From: Schizochytrium sp. TIO01
Taxonomy: Eukaryota; Protista; Bigyra: Labyrinthulomycetes
Assembly: GCA_004764695.1 (NCBI GenBank)
Contig: SMSO01000006.1
Span: 1,503,859-1,567,858 of the forward strand
Reading direction: 5' to 3'
DNA length: 64,000 nucleotides
A program made the position numbers and the translations under genes. Under the pieces are notes generated by a model, which saw nothing but the letters and a program-made list of their open reading frames with translations, was not told the DNA's origin and did not search any database. Below, piece by piece: positions 23,041 to 35,000 of the stretch (position 1 is its first letter; every line of letters begins with the position of its first letter).

Positions 23041-26000
23041 CAACCGTCGATTGGCAGTTTGTCCTCGAGCCATGTCCGAGGAATTGGCCTGGAGAGATTA
23101 AAGCAGGTAAGCAGGTATGAAACTTGAACTCAAGCAGGTCCGTCAGCCAATCAAGGGAACTCGAAATCACCATAACAAGGCTCAACCCTTTGTCAAGGCA
23201 AATCAGCGACGATTAAGACAAACGAGTGCGGCATGAATCATCTATGATAATACTCTAGTTAATTCCAGTAATAGTAGTTGGCTGCTGAGTCCTTATTTCC
23301 AGGTTTAAGCTCCTTGCAGAAAGATACATTTCAGAAAAACTATCCATCATTATGGGCATTGATCGCAACACTGATCGGCAGCAATCAATCAACCAACCAA
23401 TCGCCAATGTTGTTCTTGTCGCTGATCATTGTACTATGAGGCTATATAGTGTTTCAAGTTGTTTGTACGAATTCCTTACTAAGTAAATAAATGTTCATGT
23501 TAATCAACCAAAAAAAAAAGAACAATCTACATTTAACTGTGTCAAGATGAATTGAGAGCGGCGTTTCACCAACTTGAAGCTTGAATTGCACTCAGGACTT
23601 GGACACAGGACTCACCGTTAATCACGGTCACGTTTACAATCACGAGTGGCGTCAGGTTGGAACGACAGACCCGGCTCCGTTTGAGAGTCGCTGCACGTGC
23701 TGCTGAAAGCGAGGAAGAAGAAGGTCATCTTCACCCACTGAGTTGAGTCTCCAGAACAGCGCCATCCATAAGCCTTTTTTATTTTCTCATAGAAGATTAG
23801 AGACTATCCAAGCCTCGGGAAGAAACAGCGAATCGTAGAAGAAGTATCTACGCGGCGGGTTCTTCTCCTTTCCCCTTCAATTTCCTAGCGTACGCTCGAG
23901 ATCCTCTGCTTTAAATTATGACGACGTACCGAAAACAACTAACTACCTATGCTCTGAATAGTACCTACTACTATTGAGTAGTAAAATACTTAACGTGCTG
24001 GCACTATCGTATGAAAATAAAATGAAAAATGAAAAGATAAAAAAAGATAAAACAGATGAAGGGGAAAAGTGAAAGATCCAGGCGCACGTTCACGCGAAGC
24101 ACTGGCACGTTCACGAAGAGCAGCCGAGCGTTTTTGAGACCTTCGCCAGAGAAACCTGAACCACGATGATACCTTGTACCTCCGGTGGGATCCAAAAGCG
24201 ATGCTTCGCCGGCGTTCGCCACGTCGGTAGGGCGTTGACCCTACTATTAATTCCAGCCTTTTCAGCGGTTTGCGAGGCTGCTCGTTCTCTGTCCTGTTCC
24301 TCTAGACGTTGTTGGCTGGCTGGCTGATCAACGACGCGCGTGAACAACTTACTAAAGGGGCTAATGATAAATAGAGCCCGAGCAAATGAAACTCGAATAG
24401 GTCAACAAGCGAGGACAGGCCAGCAAACGAGCACCTCCGCAAAGGTCTTAGCAGAATCATAGGTTGTTTTGTTATAGCTTCAAGTTCATCTTGCCTTAAT
24501 GTTGGTTACTCGTGCTGTCGTTGTCACGAAGCAGCCCTTTTCTTCATTTTAATTTTGAAGATGCTACGGGCGTACTGCTAGGTAACATGTCATCGGGATG
24601 AAGCGGAGGTGAACAGTTTCGCGTGACTAAACGCAAGAGATTGAGAACTCTGAGACCCCGTTGTAGGCTGGACGGACTCGTATGTCGAGGTAATGGCCCT
24701 TGCGGCTGATTTGATGTCGCTCGATTGGAGAACGACGTGTTACCTTGCTGCTTCTGCTTGGAATCTTCAATATATCTGAGGCAATGGAGAAACTTTTGTT
24801 GGCTTAGAGTGCTCAGATATATTGGCTTTAGGAGTGTGAATCAAAGCGAGAAGATCAACCAATTTGGACCATCCCTGGAAGATGGATTCTAGTTGTGAAT
24901 GAAGACAAATTGTTCTGAAGAAACAGCTTGGGATGTCTAAGACCTTAAATCTCGAGACTGGTCTCCAAGAGTTGCGAGAGCATCGTCGTGAAGCACTGTA
25001 GAAGTACTCCGCACATCCCATTATTTATCCTCAATTTGTGGAATCTCAGCGCTTGGAAGCCTAACACAGGCGACGAGGAGGGCGCGATCCAGAAGCAAAG
25101 GATTTTAACCCTCACTTTATCGAGTTTCTAACCTATTATCATTATCTTTTCAAGTTTCTTCTCATCCACACTTCCAAAGGTAACGCATAGGATGCTTTTT
25201 TTAAGTTGCAGGTCTTCAGCCAGTTAGACCTGGAAGTATAACAGCGATTGTTTGCCCAAGACGCACGATGCGGGTAGAAAAGAGTCTGTCTAGCAGGACT
25301 ATGACAATGGGTTTCTTGCCACCTGTGCTAGCACCGATTTGTATTTATTTTCATATGCCAAAGCATACTTTAAGGATTCGGCAACCACTTTCTTGAAATT
25401 TAATTTATAGAACGTGTGCTTCTCAGGTTTATGCTATACAAGCTGAGGAACAAATTCCGAGTGTACCGTCTGAAATTCTGTGCGAATCTCAAGCCCAGAG
25501 AAATTGATTGGTGATCGAATTTGCATACCTCAAGAATTGATCAAGTGATAGTTTTCTTTCCAAGTTTTAGTCTAAGGTTCAGGCACTTGTTAGCCCAACT
25601 CGGGGAAGAAGACTGCCACGCTTTGATTACAAATCAAAATTATTACTGTTCACTTGTTTGAGTCTAGCAGGGATTTCAACGGGAAAGCATTTATTCATTC
25701 TATTCGATTCGCGTCTAACATTGAAGTCTTTCGTAGTCCCACTTCTCTCAATGCGCTCCGCAATTCCAAACACCACCCAGGTCTGGCTTGCGCAACACAG
25801 ATGAGAAGCGCGTGATCTGGGCGTCCGTCTTTGACAATCGATTGCCGATCGAAATGTAGGTCACAGCTCGCCAATTGTGCGATCTAAGCTCAACAGCAAA
25901 TGGCATAATTTGAGTCACCCACGCAGGAACTAAGTCCCGTTGCTCTCGTCCGTCCGCAATGGTCATTCACTGTAGCATCAGTGCTCTTGCAGTACCAGAG

Positions 26001-29000
26001 AACGCAGAAACGACCTCAAAGGCTAGAATAGCAATTCCTCATTTCTACTTATTTCCTTTCACACTTTTTTAATTTTAATTTTAAAATAAACAACGAATAA
26101 AAAGAATGTTTTGTAAGTTATAAAATTGAGAAAAGAAAACCTCCTCAGCCTGTAAAGCAGTAAAACAAGAAAAAGGCAATTGCAGTATTGGTTACGAATA
26201 AGCAGCAATTATGCTGTAGAAAAAACCTACTTCCTTGCGCAGAATCATCCAACACTGTAATTTTCGCCACTGCCGAATGGTTGCAAAGAGGACTGACTTA
26301 AGGACGGGTTTACGTAGCCAGCCCTCCTCACGTTTCCATTCCCGCTCGTGACTGACCCATAGCGCCGCTCTTAGGACCTACTTAGTAATGATGGAACACG
26401 TGAGCTTTTGTTTTTAATTTAAAAATTCATTTAGAATAATTAAAAGGAGTACCTCGTGTGCGCGCCTTCCGACGTGCGCTTCTTTTTGCTCTCTTCGTCC
26501 AGTTGCTAGCTGTACCGCTACCCTTTTTAATAGGAGTCAAGGCGGCGAGAATGACGCCATCCGTAGGAGGTCTCTAAGCAGCATTAGAAGTAGGTACCGA
26601 CGAAACCAATCATGGAGATCCGTGGTTTCATGGAAACCTTTTCTCACATCGAGTTCGTCGCAAGGGTACTTAGGGAGTATAGCAGGGACTCAAGACAGTA
26701 GAAAAGAGTAGAAGGCCGATCTTCCGGCAAGTGAAGGAAATAAATGAGCAAATGAGACCAATTAAAAGTTTTTGAAGGAGAGAATTTGTTACCATCTTAT
26801 ACTTTTTTACTCTATTTACGCCCTCAGCCGAAGTAGGTATCTGTAGGTAAAAAGAGGAAAAGTGAAGTAGGCTAGTAGCACTGAAAATTGTAATGCAAGG
26901 TCCACGATTCTAATGAAAACTCAGGCTGACTGAGAACTACTTTACTGTCATTTGTTTTGTCTTCGTCTAGCTAGCCACTTAATATGAAGCTAGCTAGCTT
27001 CAAGAGAGAAATTAAGACATCTCCCATCAAATGATCAAGGAAGAGGATTTTTGAAGCACTACATTTTTAAGGCATCAGCCAAATAAGCCAACTAATAAGA
27101 AGCAGCGCCTACCTACACTTAAAATGATCATCGATTTACTTTTCTTCGATTAGGTATAGCAAATAATTACAACCCTCGACTCTTACCACAAGCTGTACTG
27201 CTGTTCTCTCGTGGTATTGTCACTTGTCACTGCTTGCTTCTCGGCTTCCAGGAACTGGGCGGAAGTGAAAACTCCGCATTCATTAGTCGGCCGGCCCTCA
27301 GTTCTGAGCCAACTGGACCCCTAGTCGCCGCTAGAGAAGGCACTCCACCTCGATTTCTATTTGCTGCTTCTGGTTCGTTCCCGACGAAGACATGTGCTTT
27401 AAAAGCAGTCCGAATGGCCTCTCGAAGCTCTTTTCTTTCAGGTTAAGTCGTTTATAGTAGACAGGTACATAGGTTGCTCGTGGCTTAAAAAGAATTTGGA
27501 TTCGTGGAAAACCTGTAAAACAGTGAACGAAACTTCTGCGAAGCAGCACGTGCGGAACCTTTAATTTAAAGAAAGAGCTTGAAATGAATCCAGTGCTCTG
27601 TCTGTCTGTCTGACTGACTGTCGGGCAAATGTCGAACAACAATTGCTTCTTCTTTTTTGATGGGGGGCAAACTGCAGGGCTGGTTGCAGAAGTACTTTAT
27701 TCCTCTTCCGTTGGTTTCTTTGCAGTGAAGCGTATTGCTGAAAATTGTTTGGCTCTCTCACTCTCGCTTTAAGTATTACTTAGAATGTTGTAAAGTGAAG
27801 CTCTTGCAATTCTATTCTTAGAAAAGCTCTGAATATAAATACAAAGGTCTGCCTGCACGTCGTCGCAGAATGCACAGCAACTACATATTGCAACCGAGGC
27901 GATTTCCCAATTGTGGTGCAGTTCCTCTCCAACTGGCTAAAATATTTATGTGGCTGGCTACCCTACTTAACCTGTTCTGCATGACATTATCTTGTCCACG
28001 TTGGTTGCGCCCAGCGATCGCTTTGCGTCGACGGGCCCAAGGACTTAAACTGGACACATAAGTGTCCACCACCATCCCTTCGTCCACCCACCCATTCATT
28101 CTTTCATCCATGATCGATTATGAATCAGTAAATACATGCGTCAAACCTGTTGAGGTCTTCCTTCCATAGTGGACTTTCCAAAAGATTGTTTTGTTATCTT
28201 TTGATTACAAATGGTGACTCTTAAAGTTATTATTATTTTCTACTATTCTTAAAATATAATTATAATATAATTATAATAACATAAATCGATAGGTAGACCT
28301 ATTTGACAAATTTTAAGAAAAATTATTCCTACTAGCAAAAGCAAAAGCGCGCTAGAAAGTTTGGACTTGGAGGAACTCAATACCGCCGACGAAAAGTCCC
28401 CTATACAGCAGGATGGCTGGCACGGTCTGCGCCAGTCGAGCAAGGGTGTTAGCCAGTAGGCCGTGCGCAAGTCTGTCGGTGCATAAGAATCCGGACGTCC
28501 GAGTTTTCTAAGAGTTTCTCGAGCAGTCGAACTTCTTCTTCGCAAACACTTCATTTTCTTATCAAACAACCATAGTACCTAGCGAAGTATTCATTTAAAC
28601 CCAAGTAATCTGGTGAGAAAACAGTGTTCTGGCATTTGCGATAATTACTTGTTAGTGGTGTGAACTCATGATCATGACACTTCGTTTAACGCTGGAAGCA
28701 TGCTATGGCGCCTGCAGCGACGTGCAATAGTCCAGAGGAGTATTGGTGGCTACAAATAACTCACGCTGATGAAGAAGGAATACGGACAGAGATAAACTTG
28801 AAGTAGCTTAGCTTAGCTGCAAGGTTCGTCTTTTGATGTTGTCTTTTCTGGTTGGTAATTTGTATAGCAAATCACTTGAGCTACTATTTAAAACTTGAAA
28901 ATGCCAATGGAGAAATGCATTGGAGAAATTTTAGTGGGTCTATTCTTTAAATTGATTCCTACTGCCTTGAACAAAAACTGCGGGCGCACGTGGTGGGAGC

Positions 29001-32000
29001 TACCGAGATGCGACCTGCAAATTGACATTAACCCTTGAATTGCGAGACCTCAATTGCTGACCTTATAACTTCAGAAGGGATAAATTGCTGCAATTAAGAG
29101 GCATTTACATCCTTTTTCTTTTCTTTTTTCTAACTAGAAGTACTGTTAGTGGAATTCAGTCAGTAGTGAGCAGTGTCCTGGAAGGGGAGATCATAAGAAT
29201 TCATGGGATGGGAGAGAAGAAGTTTTCTGAATTCCTGGAGACTCGAATGAAACATAATGACAGAATTAGAAAGGCTTTTGAGCTCCGTACAAGGGATTTG
29301 AGGTTTGTACTGAAGTTTTACCTAAGTAAAAAGATTTATGCAAATAGCCTTTGATTGATAAACGTGAGCTCCACTCAACGTACCTTTGATAGCCTACTAA
29401 AAGACGCAAGCATTTGCTCGAACATCAGACTCGAACTAGAAAATAGGTAGGCTCAGTTTTCATTATCAAACCTTTTGGCAATAAACACCTCCCAAGTTTA
29501 CGCTCCAACGGGGTGGAATAAAATCCTTAGAGACCAGTGCATTGCCACATTCATTGTCGCTTCTTTTCTATTCTTTTTTAAGATAAGCTTTAGTATTGTA
29601 TTAAAATGTTCTAATTCTAAAAACAAGAATAACATTTCCTATGCAAGAAATTGGGTCGTGTTAAAGTCAAAAACCTCCGCAAGACGTTCAGATTGACGGC
29701 GTTTGATCCTACCTTCGCCAATTGGTTCTTCAACATTTGCCTATATTAAGATTACCTGGGTGTCCAAAGTGCACACCACCGCGGAAACAATCTGAGTTGA
29801 CGGCCTAAACTCAGCATCAGAGCTTGCAGGTCTTCCCTTCTAATATGCTGTTAGCAATGCGACTACTCTACGGTACACACATGTCGATATGGTCGTCATC
29901 GGGGCTGGTTTTACAGCTCACGTTAACGTTTGCGCTTCTGATTGTTAAATACGTTCAAGATTTGGCTTCCCTGAATTCAATAATCGTAACTAAGCTTTTC
30001 AATGTATGGAAGTAAGCCATTTCGATGATAATACTTGCTATTCTCGTACAGATGGGGGATCTGAGAATTCCTCATCTCCGCACGGTGGTGTGATAGGCTT
30101 TGGGCAAAGGTTAGACTAGTTAAATATTTACTATTTACAAAGTACAATAGTATTGAAGAACTTCAGGATTCCAAACGTTGCAGTCTCATTGGACGTTATG
30201 TTAACTCTTGGGTATAACCTGAGATATAAATTCACTTCGAGATTTGAGCTTGACATCTGACCACCGCATAGTTGGAATGCTTCTACTACATCCTGCAACC
30301 ATTCCGCTTCCGTTCTTTTTCTTTTCTTTTCTTTTCTTTTTCTTTATGTATGGTATATATAAGATTGGTTTTTTCTACTATCTAGCCTATCTCTCTGTCT
30401 TTTCTTTTTAACCATTGTACTTTTTTTTTCTTCATTTTTTTAATTTAAAAAAAAAATACCATATCATTTCTCTGACGTAAAAATCATTTCTTCTCTTTTC
30501 TTTTCTTTTTTTGAAGGTACACCTGTGTTTTCTCATAAGATCTAATATAAATAGGTTTCTACAATACTGCTGAATAGCATTCATGTATAAGAAAGATCTT
30601 TAACTTTCTATTCTTCATTATCGTTTTCTTTCTTTCTTTCTGCTGGAGTTTTGAAACTCCTGAAAACTCATTTAAAGAAAACGTGCCACACTCGCAGCAC
30701 GTGCACAAACTACAACCCGCCACAATTCAACAATCGTGCCAGGACTTCAGTCATGTTTTACAGACGTAAAAGGCAGCCCAAAATGTTCTCCTTCCCGTCA
30801 GCCGTCAGTATCATATTCTCAGATTTGAAAAGAGTCGCTGCCCTCAACTTTTGCAAATATGCAGCAACAAGAATTGACATCTTATCTTATTAGCTATCTA
30901 GTATTAGAATGAAAACTCTTTTTTTATTGATATATTACTCTTCTTCAAGTTCTTCCTGTTCCTACACTAGATACCAGAGTAAATTATTTACGAGCCAGCA
31001 CATCACTATTCCTGGCTGTCCAAATTTGAATAGAAAAAGTGCAAAAAGGTTGTCAGCATTCAACGTGAACTTGAGAATGGTCAAAGCGGAAAGGGTTCAA
31101 GCTCTTGGTAGACAAAACAGCGTAGCGGAGCTCTTCAGGTACACATATGCATTCCCCATGCTGGCTCGTAGTACACTGTAAAGTGTTTGCGAGCCACATG
31201 AGCCACCTGTCAGCGCAATATATACTAAGATCGCATGCCAGAATGATCGAGCCCACCGTGGACCACGCAAACGAGCGTTTTGCGTCAACAATTCGCAAGG
31301 CAATTTCAAGTTGGGTCCTCATTCTAGTATCATCAATGACAAATTTTCATAATTAACACTTGTGTCAGTGCCAAACAAGCAACTGCACCTTTGATTTGAG
31401 GGATCTTGTACTTTCCCCAGTAGATGCATATAAGTCCAAACGCAACTTGAAGTTGATTAATGTGCCCGTCGCTTGAATGCTGATGAGCTGACCTCATAAT
31501 GTGACTTGGTGATATAGCTTTTTGGCAGTAAAACTCTGGACATCGAATACAAATAGCTAAGCCGCAAAGAACGCAACTCAAGAGTTTCCTTGGTCTGATG
31601 GTGCTGGTGGTGTCCACGAGACGGGCTATTTGGCTGGCGATTACAAGCGGTCCTTGCCTCAACAATCCGTGCATATTTACTGGCAACTTGTGGCAAGGTA
31701 AGCAGCTTCATGCACCCACCAAGCTCAAGTGTTGGAGTGGAGGATAAGCTCTCTTGTGTGAACTTCAAACAAGCTAGTACATCTTCCCTCAAATAAACTA
31801 AACTTCCTTGAGGGGATCTTTCTTATTCGAAAGATAGCTGTTCAAGCTGCTCAAGCTATTCAACCACTTAATTTGGTCCGCTAAACTGCACTAGAGGTCC
31901 TCAACAACGGATTAGATGCTTTGTACTCCACACACTAAAACCAACGAAGCCTCCTCTTCAGGATCAACGCCCACTTGCTCTGTTCGAGTCAGTCCTCAGT

Positions 32001-35000
32001 CCTCAAGCCTGAGAGAGGGAAGGGAGGAGAGAACCCGTTTTGATGGTACACACCAAGCACACTAATCATCACAATATCTGCACTTACAGTAGCTTCTATA
32101 TCCTCGGGTTGAAGTAGGTAGTTTCACCCAGCCAGTCAATGGACTTAATATTAACTTCAAGCCTCAGAAAAGGAGCTGCTAGCTAGCTACCTATGTCTCA
32201 GTAGGTTGAAAGTAGTTTGAGTTGCATGCAAGCAGTTAAAAGTCAAGGCCTTCAATCGGTACGCAGTGTACTATTCCACCTCACATCAATTATGTCTCAG
32301 AAGGCATTACATGACTAAGCCCTCGAGCACCCTGATCGGGTGGTATTGCGCTACATTTGGGTCAATGATTTGTCTGGATGTAGATGGCTTTAAAACTGGA
32401 TGTAATAGCATGAATGCTTCTAACTAAATGCGCCAAGACGCATTCACAGAATATCGCGGCTGTGCGGCCATCCTGTGAAGTGGCCTCAGCGGCCATCGCA
32501 TCTTGTGCTACAGCGTCTACGCGATGGCGCATTTGTAGGCAGGCCATGTACCTTGCGCGTGCCCGGACTGTGCCATAGCTTTTTTGCAATTGAGCGTGGC
32601 CAGCGTGGGAGGGATGTGAGGTACACAATGAGCAACGACAAAGTTTCAAGTCTCAAGTGCCGCTGCCAAAAAGCATTCCAATCACGTCGTTGGTTATGGC
32701 AGTTTTAGATATCTCAGCACCTGGAAGTTGAATTCAATTCAAGTTAAAAGCCAGATGAGTGGCTTGAGTTGTTTACCCAAGTTGAGAGATTTTGAAGAGT
32801 TGCGTCCTGATTCGTAGGTTGTATGAAGTTAATTTGGTTGCGCAACACAAAGCTTTTGTCTTATCATTGTTGTTGTCAAGAGCAGCATACGTTGGGTTCT
32901 TGATAGCTCAAAGCTGCACACGTAATCTTTATGTGCTACGTAGTCCGTCTGCTGCACTGTTCGAGGTTATCATGCATGTGGCAGTAGGTTTGCATCTTTC
33001 AATATTTTGTATAACTAGAACTAAGTATTACAATATTACTGCAAAACCAACAGAAAAAATTAATTACTCTGTTCGTGTTGGAAATTGAATCTTTTTCATT
33101 TGAATTAGAGCTATCCTATGTCAAAAGAACATGAAATGACTCACTCTAATGTGACCCTTGATGATCTGCAACCGCTTGAAATGTTATCTACCGCTGCGGC
33201 GATAGACAGTACAAGGAGGTGTTTTTTGGCTTGCAAAAGGCTCAGAACAAGGAAAGCAACATTTGGAGAACGCAACAAATAAGCAAATAAGGCCTGGATT
33301 GTGCTGCGGGATAGAATAACAAGAATGAAGGGTAAGCCTGGAGATACACCAACACCGAGTGGTTTAGATTTCAAATATCTCATTCGGAAGTACCGCTGTA
33401 GATGTCTAAGCCATCACCTCGGCTTGTTTGCAAAGCAGCTGGTGTTTACATGAGCTTAACAAAATTATATGTCTCGAACTTTAAAGGGGTGTGTCGCATG
33501 ATAAATAATTCATAAATTCACATGCATGCCAAACGTAGCATGTCTCAAATCATTCCAAGTTTAACTTGCCTGTTTATACCTGCATACAGAATATTATTTA
33601 CGGGATATTTAAAGCGGCTGCATTAATTCAGTGATTCTTTTAAAAGGTGAAATGTTGAAGCATACGTCTATTATGCTGAAAATCAATACTTGTTCAACGC
33701 GAGGTTCCTAAGAATATGTTGTCAGCTGTCTTAGATTCAAAGCCCTGATATCATTCTGGTGATATGTGAAATGTAGTTATTTAAGGATTTACAATGGCCC
33801 GCGAAGAACTTTGGGGATATGTTATCTATTGCCCACATGCCCCTTGTTGTCGAGATCTCTGCACACTGCAAGAGGGAAAGATTTCAAAAATGCATCCTTA
33901 TATACCCGCTCTGGTCTTGCTCAGTTGCAACTATCGAGTGCTTGATGAGTGTATTGCTCAATCACTTTTAATCTGAATATGGAACCAATCGAAATACACA
34001 GGCTTCTTTAAATTTGTTGGATTCGGTTTGGATTGACAGAGGCCTCTCAATCTGCTGCTCCCTTTCTCTCTTCCATTTGTTGATCGAAAATATTTTCTGC
34101 TAAAGTCATGTCAGACTCTGAAAAAATTTGGTTGGTTTTTCCCACCTGCTCAATTTCGTGCTTTCTCACCAATAACACCAGCAGTCCGAGCTTGTCCAGC
34201 ACGTGATTAAAAATGATCAAGTTGGATCTGAGAGAAAATGTCCAGCTTTGAGAGTGCTTTTTCTCAATGATCTTTGTATTATTCGTAGGGTCGATCGGGA
34301 CTAGTTAAGCGATAGATTGAATTTACATAGAGATAAGTGTCTTGTGGTGAGGGTAAATACAACTATTCAGAAGCTTGAAAGGAGAGAATGTTTATTTTCA
34401 AAATATTTGCTGGGTTTGGAATTTTATTCCAGAGATCATTATGGTATCACAGTTATATGTGTAACCCAATGTGGATTTAGTCTTACTTAACGGTTATCAA
34501 AAGGATTGAGATTCCAATGGAGGTCATCCATTATTTCTTATGGTTTTGACTGACTGCTACGAACGTGTGCCGAGTTTAACTATTAACATCTATTGAGCAT
34601 GCTAAAGTATTCGTGTTTTTCGTAAGAATTCGTACTTTATTTTTAAATATGAACGTACCTTCGATTGATAATTTCTTGATTGCAGGTGCGAATATTATAA
34701 ATTTGAGATACTGCGAATGCTTTTAACATATTTTGCAAAGAACCACGAAGTTAGGTCTGGATGCAGACCCTTAAATATTATCTATATTGGTTTTGACAAT
34801 TTGCACTCCTTTCAAGCGATGTGGATAAATCAAGCTCAGTTGGCAGGCCATCAAATGTAGTACGTGCATTCCTCTTAAACAAGTTAAGGTATCCTTTACT
34901 CTCCAGTACGATAATTGTTCTTAACAAACGCTAGCAGTGTAAGAATCGCAAATACAAGATGTAAAACCTACTCCGAGATTGATGCTTAACCTTCAGATCA

